IMG/VR virus record: IMGVR_UViG_3300040856_003829
Coordinates: 1-64,000 of that record
Reading direction: 5' to 3' (one strand)
DNA: 64,000 bases
From: a virus
In this document: positions 10,086-20,355 of the stretch, one piece after another
Position numbering within the stretch: the first letter of the stretch is position 1
Layout of the letters: the number at the start of each line of letters is the position of its first letter
Notes under the pieces: model-generated
The model's database searches: none
What the model was told of the DNA's origin: nothing
What the model saw: only the letters and a program-made list of their open reading frames with translations
Translations under genes and position numbers: made by a program

Positions 10086-10568
10086 TTACAAAGTTGGATA
10101 TTGTGTAAACCACTCTGGGGTAGATCTATTTTTCCACTTAGAAAAATCTTTCTTTTCACCGATATAATAATTTCTATAGGACTTAACCACAGAATCTACT
10201 TTATACTTTTCCGGCATTGCTTTTGGTGGATCTGTAAAATCTTCGTCAGGTAATTTCGGATAGTTAATAATACACCATTCGATCACATCTTGAGATTTAT
10301 GTCTTCTTCCGTATCTAAAAGTATACTCTTTTGACAACTCAAGACCTAATTCACACAACCAAAAATAGTTTGATAAATTTTTTCTCGCCCAAATAGCACA
10401 TGGATGATTTTTGTGTGATAATTTATAGGGAATATCTAAATCACTATTTACCATGTGATGAACTCCACAAAGTAGCTGTGCAGATTCTAAAATCATTTTT
10501 ACAACATGTTTATCGTTGTGATATTCAGCACATTTTTTTACGTCTTGATCGAGTACAAAGATGTTCAT
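10086..10568 (-). CDS. Pyrimidine-dimer DNA glycosylase / endonuclease V-like protein
   Basis: MNIFVLD..A.YH.DKHVVKMILESAQLL, HKNHPCAIW and PPKAMP..YK motifs; start moved to ATG 10568 because the longer ORF runs into a tRNA. Confidence 0.75.
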   Translation of the reverse strand: MNIFVLDQDVKKCAEYHNDKHVVKMILESAQLLCGVHHMVNSDLDIPYKLSHKNHPCAIWARKNLSNYFWLCELGLELSKEYTFRYGRRHKSQDVIEWCIINYPKLPDEDFTDPPKAMPEKYKVDSVVKSYRNYYIGEKKDFSKWKNRSTPEWFTQYPTL

Positions 10569-10579
10569 AATAATAAATA

Positions 10580-10655
10580 TGGTGCGCCTGGTAGGACTTG
10601 AACCTACGACCAATTGATTATGAGTCAACTGCTCTGACCACTGAGCTACAAGCGC
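10580..10655 (-). tRNA. tRNA with CAT anticodon (Ile2 or elongator Met), CCA encoded
   Basis: GCGCTTG/CAGGCGC acceptor, GTTGA-CTCATAA-TCAAT arm, TTCAAGT T-loop; lacks initiator features. Confidence 0.9.
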
Positions 10656-10661
10656 ATTTTG

Positions 10662-10744
10662 CGGAGGATACTGGATTCGAACCAGTGCATCGTTACCGAT
10701 GACGGTTTAGCAAACCGCTCCATTAACCACTCTGGCAATCCTCC
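10662..10744 (-). tRNA. tRNA-Ser(GCT)
   Basis: GGAGGAT/ATCCTCC acceptor, GCGGT-TTGCTAA-ACCGT arm, long variable arm. Confidence 0.93.
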
Positions 10745-10884
10745 TTTGTTGTTAGTTCTTCTTCAATAATATCAATAATTAAATTGAAAATCAAATCTTC
10801 ATTAGAATTTTCGATAAATTCATGATTAAATGATTGAATAGAACTATTCAACTTTTTTTTGATATTTTCTCTATCTAACTTCAT
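10723..10884 (-). CDS. 53-aa hypothetical protein, 3' end overlaps the tRNA-Ser 5' end
   Basis: MKLDRENIKKKLNSSIQ...; ATGA-coupled to the upstream small ORF. Confidence 0.45.
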   Translation of the reverse strand: MKLDRENIKKKLNSSIQSFNHEFIENSNEDLIFNLIIDIIEEELTTKEDCQSG

Positions 10885-10994
10885 ACAAAATTGAAAATTA
10901 AATTGATGATGATCATTAAGAAAATACCCACAAAACCTACAAACGTCATCTTATTACTAAATTCTGTTTGACTTTTTCGTCTACCTTGATTCAT
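10881..10994 (-). CDS. 37-aa single-TM peptide
   Basis: MNQGRRKSQTEFSNKMTFVGFVGIFLMIIINLIFNFV; TATATTTG -7-like element at 10999-11006. Confidence 0.55.
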   Translation of the reverse strand: MNQGRRKSQTEFSNKMTFVGFVGIFLMIIINLIFNFV

Positions 10995-11007
10995 ATAACA
11001 AATATAA

Positions 11008-11454
11008 TCAATTATTCCTAGAATTACTACTATTTCTTGGTTTTTTTTCTACCGATGGTGAATTAGGTCTCGTTGTAGACCCCACACCTCTCTGTCCGTT
11101 TATATCTCTTGTCTTATATTCATTTGGACCTAAAGTATTACCATATTGATCTTTATTACGACTATTTTCAATATTTTGACCAGACCAAATAGATGGTCTT
11201 TTAGATATTGTAACGTTTTGAGGTTTCGTTTCAGGATTTATATAGTAATAATTGTATTGGTTTCCATAATAAGGGGTAAATCTATTATAACCCCAATAAT
11301 ATGGTGATACATTGTTACCACTATTGTCAAAAAATGTGTAATTATTTGGTAAATCACAATTAAAATCAGAGTATAATTCGTCACATTGATAAGTCATCAA
11401 TTCAGGATTTATACATCCAATCAGTAATGGAAATAAGTAAAATAGTTTTTTCAT
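11008..11454 (-). CDS. Putative lipoprotein with low-complexity tail
   Basis: Lipobox LLIG-C; Tyr-rich middle and Ser/Asn/Arg-rich end; coupled to 11451..14774. Confidence 0.65.
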   Translation of the reverse strand: MKKLFYLFPLLIGCINPELMTYQCDELYSDFNCDLPNNYTFFDNSGNNVSPYYWGYNRFTPYYGNQYNYYYINPETKPQNVTISKRPSIWSGQNIENSRNKDQYGNTLGPNEYKTRDINGQRGVGSTTRPNSPSVEKKPRNSSNSRNN

Positions 11455-14400
11455 CGGAAAACAGTTATGTGACCTACTTTACGAACGTCTTTAATAGGTT
11501 CATAAGTACGACCTCTTATTATATAAGTATAAACTCCATCAGATACATAATACTCACCTCCTTGAAAACTTATATCCCAATAATCTGCGGGATTATTTGT
11601 TTCCCAAACTTTATTACCCCAACGATTAAATATAATCACTTCCCAAAAAAACCAACACTCTTCAGGGGTAACTGGGAACCATACATCATTAACTCCATCA
11701 TTATTAGGGGTAACAGTATTGGGAACATAAAGAGGTGGATCATCACATTCATATTCACATGATCCATCATTAACAATTGCCCATTCTTCATAATTCAAAG
11801 CTTCTGGATCAGTACAACCAGAACAAGTTGAGTTGTTTCCTCCACATATACCACATAAATCATATTCGTTGAAGTTACAATCACAATCACCTTCAGGTAT
11901 ATTATAACAACCACATTCATATATTGCTCCGGGACCTCCACAAATACCACATTCATCTAAAACGTTCCCATCACAATCACAAGCACCTTCCGGTATATCA
12001 TCACATCCACATTCATAGATAGCCCCTGGACCGTCACACACTCCACATTCGTCTAAAACATTTCCATTACAATCACAATCACCTTCAGGTATATCATTAC
12101 AACCACATTCGTATATTGCTCCTGGTCCATTACATACTCCACATTCGTCCAAAACCGCATCACCACCACATTCACCTAAACAATCAGGATATTCACAACT
12201 ACCATCTTCTACATTAGCTTTAGAGTTATAATTACAAGCTGTTGGGTCTGTACATCCAGATTCGAATGGAACACAAGAACCATCATCACAGGTTGCATTT
12301 GGATCATAATTGAAAAAATTTGGATCAGTACAACCTTCGATACATTCAACTGTAACAATAATGAAATACTCACCGAAATTATTGGTGAAATTCAATTCAT
12401 TAAGATTATTATTACCTAAAACATCAATTACGTTTATTTGTAACAATCCCAGAGGAAAATCATTAGGATCTGTACTGAATTGAATTGTAATTTCTTGACC
12501 TGGATTCAGATTATTACCACAATATATATTTCCTAAAGTAACTTCATCAACACAAAAAGAAGTTGCGACTGCATCCCCTACATTTGTCAATGTTAATGAC
12601 CAATCAATCATCGGATCACAAATAAATTGTGTACAATATTGAGTATTTGTTAATGATGTAATTTCAATATCAGGATAATCATATTCACAACTTCCATCAT
12701 CTAAATTTGCGTTTGGGTCATAATTATTTGCAATTGGATCTGTACAACCTAGGTATTCACAACTTCCATCATCTACGTTTGCGTTAGGATCATAATTATC
12801 TGCAACATCATCAGTACAACCCAAAAATTCACAAAAATCTTCACAGGTCGCATTAGGATTAAAATTAGACGCTAAAGGATCCATACAACCTAGAATACAA
12901 ACAGGAGGTGCTGGGAGGACTATACAGTACTGATTGTTTGATGAATTAATATCATCAAAATTTACAACATCCATATCAACACATAGAGTATCACCTTCTT
13001 GCCAAGTTAATTCTTGGTTTATAGTATTTATTACATTTGATACTCCTGGTTCAAGGATAAAATCAAGAAAATCTTGACCTAATCCGTAAACTGAATTGAC
13101 ACTTGTAAATGTATCAGTTGAATGCTGATAAGAATAGTTTTCAATCGGTAAATCTCCGACATTAGTATATTGAACATGAAATCTAATTCCTGGTGAACAA
13201 CTATCACCAGAATTAAAGATATTACAACTCGAATTTACAACCCAGACACTGTCCACTTGTATATCGTAATACAAACAACTACCATCATCTTCCTCGGCAT
13301 TCGGATTATAATTTTCAGCATTTACATCGGTACAACCTGGAATTAGACATGGATCCCAAATAAAATCTTCAGGTGATGTGAATATTAAAGTATCATTCGA
13401 ATTATTATTATCAAACGGAACTACATTATTTACTACAAACATTATTTCTGTAATCTCACCGAAAATAAAATTATTTTCAGGATTAATTGGGATATAAGCA
13501 AAGTCTTGAAAATCACCTGGTGGAATTTCTAACCAATAAAAATCTTCAGTATCGTAATCATATGTATTTACTAATGTATTATTAATATGTAATTCTACCG
13601 AGTATGAATCTGCTGTCACATCTCCCTCATTAATTAGTGAATAAGAAGGATCAAATCTCCATTGATTTGGTGGAAGACCTTCATAATTACAATCCCAACC
13701 AATTGATATATTACTGAAAGTTAAATCTGTATAAATACATGACCCATCGTCTACCTCAACCCATGGATAGTAGTTATATGCGTTAGGATCTGTACAACCT
13801 TCAGTCAGACATTGAGCGTATAAAATACCTTCTGTACCAATTTGAATTGTATTATCAGAACCCGGTATTTCACCATCAATACCAGAAAGAACTGCAGTTA
13901 TATTTTGTAAAGGAATATCGAAGTCGAAGTCTGAAGCCCATAGAGTATCATTATACTGATACTGAAACACAAAATTAGGTAAAATTAATTCATTAAAAGT
14001 TTCACTATAAAGTACTCCTTCGTCAGTATTATAGTACAAAGTAACAGTGAATTCGTCGAATGAAACATCACCAAAGTTATGGATATTAAATGATGGTATG
14101 AAAAACCAATCTAATGTATCTACAACATTAGCTACACATCCATATTGCATTTGTATATAAGGTATTGCACCATCGATCTCGAAACAATCACCTAATTGGT
14201 ATATATTGTTGTAAGGTGTAATGTCGGGATAAGTGTAACCATTATCGTATTGATCAATACAATTATCTTCACCATCGTTAAAACCATAAATTGAATTCGA
14301 ACAATTTATTTGCCAAATTGCAAGTTGAAGACATCCAGTATCAAAATAACCTAGACTATCAACTGTGTTTAAACATGAATCATTGAATGCCCCTACAACA

Positions 14401-14774
14401 AAAGCATCATCTAAATGAAAAATCAGAGTATCTCCAGTATTGAGTAAACCATCCTCACCTAGATATGCAGTACTATCATTCCATAAAGGAGTATTAGGAA
14501 AATAATTTTGTAATACAAATCCTGGATAATTATATGCCCCAGGTAATCCACAAGCAAATTCATCCTGTTGTAAATCTTGAGACGTAAAACTTAGTATAAA
14601 AGAATCTATAACGTCATCAGTCAAATCATTTGGATTACAACCAAATCCATTATTTACTGCTATGGTGATCTCTAATGTCTCCACATCGTAGTTAAGTATT
14701 TCTAAGTCACACTGAGCATAGTTGCTACTTACAATTGAAAAAATTGCAAGTAATGTAAGTAATATATTTTTCAT
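11451..14774 (-). CDS. Large exported Cys-repeat protein with T9SS type B (gliding-motility-associated) C-terminal domain
   Basis: Signal peptide NYA|Q; CARDB-like Ig segments (NxG...NN); 8 GCTD repeats; 3 [24 protein letters not shown] repeats; C-terminal [35 protein letters not shown]. Confidence 0.88.
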   Translation of the reverse strand: MKNILLTLLAIFSIVSSNYAQCDLEILNYDVETLEITIAVNNGFGCNPNDLTDDVIDSFILSFTSQDLQQDEFACGLPGAYNYPGFVLQNYFPNTPLWNDSTAYLGEDGLLNTGDTLIFHLDDAFVVGAFNDSCLNTVDSLGYFDTGCLQLAIWQINCSNSIYGFNDGEDNCIDQYDNGYTYPDITPYNNIYQLGDCFEIDGAIPYIQMQYGCVANVVDTLDWFFIPSFNIHNFGDVSFDEFTVTLYYNTDEGVLYSETFNELILPNFVFQYQYNDTLWASDFDFDIPLQNITAVLSGIDGEIPGSDNTIQIGTEGILYAQCLTEGCTDPNAYNYYPWVEVDDGSCIYTDLTFSNISIGWDCNYEGLPPNQWRFDPSYSLINEGDVTADSYSVELHINNTLVNTYDYDTEDFYWLEIPPGDFQDFAYIPINPENNFIFGEITEIMFVVNNVVPFDNNNSNDTLIFTSPEDFIWDPCLIPGCTDVNAENYNPNAEEDDGSCLYYDIQVDSVWVVNSSCNIFNSGDSCSPGIRFHVQYTNVGDLPIENYSYQHSTDTFTSVNSVYGLGQDFLDFILEPGVSNVINTINQELTWQEGDTLCVDMDVVNFDDINSSNNQYCIVLPAPPVCILGCMDPLASNFNPNATCEDFCEFLGCTDDVADNYDPNANVDDGSCEYLGCTDPIANNYDPNANLDDGSCEYDYPDIEITSLTNTQYCTQFICDPMIDWSLTLTNVGDAVATSFCVDEVTLGNIYCGNNLNPGQEITIQFSTDPNDFPLGLLQINVIDVLGNNNLNELNFTNNFGEYFIIVTVECIEGCTDPNFFNYDPNATCDDGSCVPFESGCTDPTACNYNSKANVEDGSCEYPDCLGECGGDAVLDECGVCNGPGAIYECGCNDIPEGDCDCNGNVLDECGVCDGPGAIYECGCDDIPEGACDCDGNVLDECGICGGPGAIYECGCYNIPEGDCDCNFNEYDLCGICGGNNSTCSGCTDPEALNYEEWAIVNDGSCEYECDDPPLYVPNTVTPNNDGVNDVWFPVTPEECWFFWEVIIFNRWGNKVWETNNPADYWDISFQGGEYYVSDGVYTYIIRGRTYEPIKDVRKVGHITVFR

Positions 14775-14777
14775 TTT

Positions 14778-15128
14778 TTAAAGTTCTTCAATCCGTTTGG
14801 CCTTATCATCAATTACAAGGTCAAAGTGCGGTTTCGGATTTGGTGAGGTTCCTGTAACCAAATCGTGATACTTGCACCCCCACCCGTCTAATTGCTTCTT
14901 AGTATATTCTGTATAATCATAACCAGAAATTGATCCTCTTGCAGTCCAATAAACTATTTTCCAACCACTATCATAGAGTCTATTTATTTTATCGATGTTC
15001 TCCCTAATAGGTCTTGCTAAATCGTATTTCCTAATACTCTTGTAATCGCAGATAGTTTCGTCAATATCTACGAGTGCGGTTTTTTGTTTACCTGATGAGG
15101 TAAATCTTTCTGATATATGAAAATTCAT
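14778..15128 (-). CDS. Minimal HAD-superfamily phosphatase (capsule-biosynthesis phosphatase-like)
   Basis: DIDETIC, YWTARG and KP..DLVIDDKA motifs. Confidence 0.8.
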   Translation of the reverse strand: MNFHISERFTSSGKQKTALVDIDETICDYKSIRKYDLARPIRENIDKINRLYDSGWKIVYWTARGSISGYDYTEYTKKQLDGWGCKYHDLVTGTSPNPKPHFDLVIDDKAKRIEEL

Positions 15129-15191
15129 TGTTTTCGTTTTTACAAGAATAATTACTTAATCCCATAAAATCAATATACCTTAAAAAAAAAG

Positions 15192-15273
15192 TGCCCACGA
15201 AAGGACTCGAACCTTCACGTCTTTCGACACTAGTGCCTAAAACTAGCGTGTCTACCAATTCCACCACATGGGC
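15192..15273 (-). tRNA. tRNA-Leu(TAG)
   Basis: GCCCATG acceptor, CTAGT-TTTAGGC-ACTAG arm, long variable arm. Confidence 0.93.
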
Positions 15274-15278
15274 ATTTG

Positions 15279-15352
15279 CGCTTCCTCTAGGGCTTGAACC
15301 TAGGACCCTCTGATTAACAGTCAGATGCTCTAACCAACTGAGCTAAGGAAGC
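15279..15352 (-). tRNA. tRNA-Asn(GTT)
   Basis: GCTTCCT/AGGAAGC acceptor, TCTGA-CTGTTAA-TCAGA arm. Confidence 0.95.
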
Positions 15353-15361
15353 TTAATAAAA

Positions 15362-16468
15362 TTAAAATTCATTAATTTTATCACACAAGTAATCTATCTC
15401 TTTATCAGACATAAATGGATGTATAGGTAAACTAACCATTTTTTTACTAAATGTCAAAGATCTAGTATTACTTTTTTCCACAATATCTTTATATGGATCC
15501 ATTTCTTCTATACAGATTGGATAATGTAACCCCCACTGTATCTTACATTCATCTAAATGTTTGGTAAATTCTTCTCTATCATCCACCAAAATGGGATATA
15601 TGTGATGTACTGGTTTACAGTGTTCAGGTGTAGTCGGTAAAGTCACCTTATCATTGTTAATTTTTTCTTCGAATTTTGACACTACTAGTCTTCTGGACTC
15701 ATTCCATGCCTCAATGTATTTTAATTTTTCATCTAAAATAATAGCTTGAAGAGTATCCATTCTATGATTACTACCTTTTATTTCGTGTACATATTTTTTT
15801 ACTGATCCTAAATTCCGTAATCTGAGAAGTCTTTGATAGATTTTCTCGTCATTTGTAGTTATAATCCCAGCATCACCAGCTGCACCTAAATTTTTTCCAG
15901 GATACAATGAAAATGCCGATACTTCTCCAAAACTACCTGTTGGTTGATCTTTCCAGGTTGCACCATGAGATTGTGACGAATCTTCAATCATTAAACAATT
16001 ATATTTAGATTTTAATTCCATCATTTTATCCATATTACATGTGTAACCATAAAGATGTACTGGAACTAAAACTATATGATCATAATTTGTTCTATTTTTC
16101 ATTAGAAATTCATTTAAAAGATCGGTATCCATTTGATGATAGATATCACAATCGATAAGTTTGAAATCTGCTTCAGGATATGCCTGTTCAGGTCCGAAAA
16201 GTGATGCCACATATGTATTCGCAGGAATAACAAAACATATATTACCTTTCAAATCTAATGACTGAGCAGATAATTTTAGTGCATCAGTACCATTTGAAAC
16301 TCCAACAGCATACTTAGTCCCTACATAATTAGAAAAATTAGTCTCAAAACTTTTTACTTGTTCACCTAAAATAAAGTTTGAACGTTCAAATAAATTATCG
16401 AGACCTTCCAGTGTTTTTTCCTTTATTGCTAACCATTGTTTGTTTAAATCGTTAAATTTTACAATCAT
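15362..16468 (-). CDS. DegT/DnrJ/EryC1/StrS PLP-dependent sugar aminotransferase
   Basis: SNGTDAL, PVHLYG, IEDSSQSHGA and FSLYPGKNLGAAGDAG motifs. Confidence 0.93.
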   Translation of the reverse strand: MIVKFNDLNKQWLAIKEKTLEGLDNLFERSNFILGEQVKSFETNFSNYVGTKYAVGVSNGTDALKLSAQSLDLKGNICFVIPANTYVASLFGPEQAYPEADFKLIDCDIYHQMDTDLLNEFLMKNRTNYDHIVLVPVHLYGYTCNMDKMMELKSKYNCLMIEDSSQSHGATWKDQPTGSFGEVSAFSLYPGKNLGAAGDAGIITTNDEKIYQRLLRLRNLGSVKKYVHEIKGSNHRMDTLQAIILDEKLKYIEAWNESRRLVVSKFEEKINNDKVTLPTTPEHCKPVHHIYPILVDDREEFTKHLDECKIQWGLHYPICIEEMDPYKDIVEKSNTRSLTFSKKMVSLPIHPFMSDKEIDYLCDKINEF

Positions 16469-16486
16469 TTTATTAAGTTTAAATTT

Positions 16487-17359
16487 TTATCGAGATTCTA
16501 AATTATTAATAATGTCTAAAGTAAGTTTTCGATTTTCAGCGAAATCGAAATTACTATCTAAGAATACATTTATACTACGCTCTAGTGGAGAATAACTGTC
16601 ATAGGTTACTTGTTTACCATTTAATTCTAGAATAGATTTTGAATCATCCCAAAACAAAAAAGATCCATCATAAAACTCTATTACATAGTCTCTATTTTTT
16701 TTACCAAATTCCCAACTAGTATTTATTTGAACAGAGGTTTGTTGTGAGTTAGTAGAATCATCAAAAACCAGTAGACCTATACTACTATCGTTTTGAGTTG
16801 AGTATTCCCATCTTTTGAAGTCAATCCATTTTATTTCAGATGGGTCACTTTCAAACCAGTGAAGTGCAATTGATAAATCATGTGATGAAAGATCAAGTTT
16901 AGCATCAACGTCAAATCTTTGTGGTCCATAATTTAATCGATTACATATGATAGTTTTAGGGTTCCCTTTTTCTTTGAATATTTCTTTTATCTTATTGACT
17001 GCAGGGTTAAAAGTGAAAATCCAATCTACAAAAATTTTTGTGTCATAAGTATCACATAAACTATATAGAACTTCAGTAGATGATATATTATTAGTAAGTG
17101 GTTTTTCACAAAAGATATCTATTTTATTTTCCACAAAAAACTTACACACTTCGAAGTGTGTTGATGTAGGTGTAATTACAAATACCTTATCTCGGTCTAA
17201 TAAATCTTCTAATTGTGAAGTCACAGGGAATTTAAAACCTAATGTTCCCCAATCAATTTCACACTTATCAAAAATTTTTATATCCTCATAACCTAAGTTA
17301 ACTAAATTTTTAAGTATAATTTTACCCCAATAACCTAAACCAACGATTCCAATTTTCAT
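16487..17359 (-). CDS. Gfo/Idh/MocA NAD-dependent oxidoreductase
   Basis: GIVGLGYWG, TP..TH, CEKPL and DLSSHD motifs. Confidence 0.88.
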   Translation of the reverse strand: MKIGIVGLGYWGKIILKNLVNLGYEDIKIFDKCEIDWGTLGFKFPVTSQLEDLLDRDKVFVITPTSTHFEVCKFFVENKIDIFCEKPLTNNISSTEVLYSLCDTYDTKIFVDWIFTFNPAVNKIKEIFKEKGNPKTIICNRLNYGPQRFDVDAKLDLSSHDLSIALHWFESDPSEIKWIDFKRWEYSTQNDSSIGLLVFDDSTNSQQTSVQINTSWEFGKKNRDYVIEFYDGSFLFWDDSKSILELNGKQVTYDSYSPLERSINVFLDSNFDFAENRKLTLDIINNLESR

Positions 17360-17370
17360 ATCAATAAATT

Positions 17371-17988
17371 TTACCTTTTAAAATCAGATCTATTACCAAG
17401 ATCCTTTATTTCTTTATTCGAATAATAACTAGACTCTGATTCGTTTTGAATCAATGAATTATCATAGGCATATTCTATTTTACTTATAACGTCTTTGAAT
17501 AGTAACCAACCATAATCAAGCGATTTACGATATACGTCACCAACTTCTTCTATTTCTGGGTATATAGGATAGGTAAGTTTTCCGATTATAGGTCCATCAT
17601 CGATTCCTTCCGTTATTTCATGGATTGTTATTCCATGATATCTCTCATTATTTTTGAGAGCCCAATTTATAGGTCTCACACCTCTATACTTCGGAAGAGG
17701 TGCATTATGTAAATTTATAATTTTTTCACATTTATCGATAAACTCTTTTTTGATTATTTTACCATAAAAAATTGAAATACCTAAATCGAATTTATGGTTT
17801 TCGTCTAAATCTCTAAAATCTCCTGATTCTATGTAAGGTACTTTATTTTCTATACACCAATTTTGTAAAGATCCTGTCCATGTCGGTTCAGGTTTATCAG
17901 GTATGACTAAAGATAGATTAAAGTTTTCTTTACAGTATTCGGCAACTTTAATACTCAAATCACCTTTACCTAATAATACTACATTCAT
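17371..17988 (-). CDS. Formyltransferase (sugar N-formyltransferase-like)
   Basis: INLHNAPLPKYRG..PINWAL, GITIH and IDDGPI motifs; N-terminal domain only. Confidence 0.88.
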   Translation of the reverse strand: MNVVLLGKGDLSIKVAEYCKENFNLSLVIPDKPEPTWTGSLQNWCIENKVPYIESGDFRDLDENHKFDLGISIFYGKIIKKEFIDKCEKIINLHNAPLPKYRGVRPINWALKNNERYHGITIHEITEGIDDGPIIGKLTYPIYPEIEEVGDVYRKSLDYGWLLFKDVISKIEYAYDNSLIQNESESSYYSNKEIKDLGNRSDFKR

Positions 17989-18794
17989 AATAATTCTATT
18001 TTACTTTTTATTAAGTTAATCCACCAATTACAATCTAACATTTCTTTATTAAAAGTTTTTTCTTTTAATTTTTGAATTTCATTTTTTAAATACTCTAAAT
18101 CACTTAATTTTTGTATATCTTCGATTAAAATAACTGGAAAATTATGATGGAGTCTATCATACATAACCTTATTAAAGGTTAATGGAATTCTATCCATGTA
18201 CAATGCTTCATATATCCTATGATTGTCTCCTGGACCATTGCCTTGTGCACATACAATTAATTCATAATCAAGACATGTATCAAAAAAATCCTCAACAGAT
18301 AAGTTAGGCTCCTGCCAATCAATAAAATCAGTATTTATACTTATGGATCTTACAGAATTTCTATGGTGTGGATTTGTATTGACTCTAAAATTCGAATACG
18401 CAAATTTTGACGGATCTCTAAAGGGTTTATTGGAGATAAATTCATCTTTAATTTTAACTCTTTCATACCCTATACCATGACCAGGTCTCTTAGAAAATTC
18501 ATAATTTTCAATACCTAGGGGTAATGTTATGACTCGTTCATCTTCAACTAAGGCATTCTGTGCAAACCAAAACTTAACATTTAAGGGTAAATTATTAAGA
18601 ATATTTCGATCAATAACATAATCTGAATTTCCAGATATTAAAATTACATTATGACTTAAGGTTTTTATGTATTCAAAATCAGATTGTAAAAAATCAGTTT
18701 TACAAAAAAAAACTTTTACTCCGTCATGTAAATCAGAGAATTTATTAATTTGTATTGTATTCATGTCATACTCTTTCGAAAACAGCGAATCCAT
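17985..18794 (-). CDS. Exostosin/GT47-like glycosyltransferase
   Basis: LPLGIEN, Y.NF...TN...R and GNGPGDNHRIYEALY..IP motifs. Confidence 0.65.
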   Translation of the reverse strand: MDSLFSKEYDMNTIQINKFSDLHDGVKVFFCKTDFLQSDFEYIKTLSHNVILISGNSDYVIDRNILNNLPLNVKFWFAQNALVEDERVITLPLGIENYEFSKRPGHGIGYERVKIKDEFISNKPFRDPSKFAYSNFRVNTNPHHRNSVRSISINTDFIDWQEPNLSVEDFFDTCLDYELIVCAQGNGPGDNHRIYEALYMDRIPLTFNKVMYDRLHHNFPVILIEDIQKLSDLEYLKNEIQKLKEKTFNKEMLDCNWWINLIKSKIELL

Positions 18795-19389
18795 TTCTAT
18801 CGTTGCTCTTAATTATACAATTTAACGTGTCATCATTATCACACTCGTATAATATTTTACTTGTCTTATCAACCTTAGTATCATCAAGTAACACAATTTT
18901 AAATTTCTCTTTTAATAATTCCCATTCTAGATAAGTTGCAAATTCACCACCATCTAAAAGTATTAAGTCATAATCTTGTATAATTTCTTCTGATATATCT
19001 GGGCAATTATCATAATCTAACATATCATTGTTATGCCATGTAAGTTTCTGACCTTTTAAGTTCAAGGTATCAACATATTTCAAATATTGATCCTTATCTA
19101 TAATTCTACCAAATTTCAGAGTAACATGTTCTTTGAAATCTTTCAAATTATTCTTAGCAATCTCGAAAAAGGTTTTATTAGTTTCTAAACTGATAAAAGA
19201 TGGGTTATAACTAGGATCTTCATTTTTTACTGACATGATACCATCAATGAAACATTTTGTAGATCCCAATCCTTTCCATGTTCCGATTTCTAATATTTTC
19301 AATGGTTTTTTTTCTTTAACCATTTGAATAATAATATTTCCAAAACCTGTATCTGGTTTTATTTGTCCTTGAACTCCTGAAGTATCCAT
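18766..19389 (-). CDS. Class I SAM-dependent methyltransferase
   Basis: LEIGTWKGLGST, DLILLDGG and LLDDT motifs. Confidence 0.8.
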   Translation of the reverse strand: MDTSGVQGQIKPDTGFGNIIIQMVKEKKPLKILEIGTWKGLGSTKCFIDGIMSVKNEDPSYNPSFISLETNKTFFEIAKNNLKDFKEHVTLKFGRIIDKDQYLKYVDTLNLKGQKLTWHNNDMLDYDNCPDISEEIIQDYDLILLDGGEFATYLEWELLKEKFKIVLLDDTKVDKTSKILYECDNDDTLNCIIKSNDRNGFAVFERV

Positions 19390-19391
19390 TT

Positions 19392-19673
19392 TTACTTTGT
19401 TTTGTAATCAGATAATGAATCCAGTAATTCATTAACATTATTTATGTCTTTAACTAGACACATTCCCTCACATTGTATACACTTTTCACCATTATTGATA
19501 TACTGATCCAGAGGACACTTATATTCTAAACCACACTCACATTCACATAGATGATAATTAATAGGTCCATTTATCGAACCCTCATCTGTAACTACAACTT
19601 GATGTGTATTTTGACTATCGGAACATGATAAGAAAAAAAACATCGAACAGATCAAAAATATTCTATTTTTCAT
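19392..19673 (-). CDS. Putative Cys-rich lipoprotein
   Basis: Lipobox FLS-C; CECEC...C..C..C. Confidence 0.55.
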   Translation of the reverse strand: MKNRIFLICSMFFFLSCSDSQNTHQVVVTDEGSINGPINYHLCECECGLEYKCPLDQYINNGEKCIQCEGMCLVKDINNVNELLDSLSDYKTK

Positions 19674-19839
19674 AATTTTTAATTATTGGTCGACTCATAT
19701 GTTTTACAAATGGAACCAAATCAGTGATTTGAGCGGCATTGTATCTGACAATAAGTCTATTTTTATGTTTATTATTTGAATCTAAAAATAAAACACCAAA
19801 TAATATAATCAACAGGGTTTGTAATATAAATTTTTTCAT
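19663..19839 (-). CDS. 58-aa membrane-anchored protein missing from the ORF track
   Basis: MKKFILQTLLIILFGVLFLDS...; TAATG-coupled to the upstream stop. Confidence 0.55.
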   Translation of the reverse strand: MKKFILQTLLIILFGVLFLDSNNKHKNRLIVRYNAAQITDLVPFVKHMSRPIIKNYEK

Positions 19840-20093
19840 TACCAGTTTTTAATAATATTAAGTACAATAAGTAAATTTGTGATGACTGCTTGTAAGATTA
19901 ATAAGGTTCGTATAAAAGCAACTTTATCACTAATCTTATTATCCTTTTCATTAGCCTTAGTACCTAAAGATTTTGCCCACAACTTCCAAAATCTTGTATA
20001 AGTGGTCCCTGCCGGATTCGAACCAGCGACCTTCTGGGTGTAAACCAGATGCTCTGAACCAACTGAGCTAAGAGACCTTTTATTTTTTTTCAT
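19839..20093 (-). CDS. Small phage membrane protein (WKLWAKSLG family); start uncertain, frame is open through tRNA-Val
   Basis: W.LWAKSLG.KA...D...D.VAFIRT plus a TM helix resembles a small protein I recall from marine T4-like phages. Confidence 0.5.
   Translation of the reverse strand: MKKNKRSLSSVGSEHLVYTQKVAGSNPAGTTYTRFWKLWAKSLGTKANEKDNKISDKVAFIRTLLILQAVITNLLIVLNIIKNW
20003..20077 (-). tRNA. tRNA-Val(TAC)
   Basis: GGTCTCT/AGGGACC acceptor, TCTGG-TTTACAC-CCAGA arm. Confidence 0.95.
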
Positions 20094-20268
20094 GCTCCAA
20101 TGTCAACAAAGAATCAATATAACGTTGATTCGATAAAAATACACTATCAGATAAAATTATTTCATCTTTAGTAAAATCTAATTGTTCACCAAGGATTTCA
20201 ATCTTAGTATCTTGATTATCACATGAGATCAAAAAAACAAAAGAACATACTGTAATAATTTTTTTCAT
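20080..20268 (-). CDS. Putative small lipoprotein
   Basis: Lipobox LIS-C. Confidence 0.55.
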   Translation of the reverse strand: MKKIITVCSFVFLISCDNQDTKIEILGEQLDFTKDEIILSDSVFLSNQRYIDSLLTLEHEKK

Positions 20269-20282
20269 TTCATAAAATTTAG

Positions 20283-20355
20283 TAACCCCGCTGGGATTCG
20301 AACCCAGGACCCTCTCATTAAAAGTGAGATGCTCTGCCAGCTGAGCTACGAGATC
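20283..20355 (-). tRNA. tRNA-Lys(TTT)
   Basis: TCTCA-CTTTTAA-TGAGA arm; acceptor GATCTCG/CGGGGTT with three G-U pairs. Confidence 0.9.

Noticed and set aside
10569-10628. N-terminal extensions of ORFs 10086..10628 and 21864..22094 into tRNA genes
   Set aside because: Good in-frame ATG starts exist downstream of the tRNAs (10568 and 22049); the extensions are tRNA sequence read by chance.
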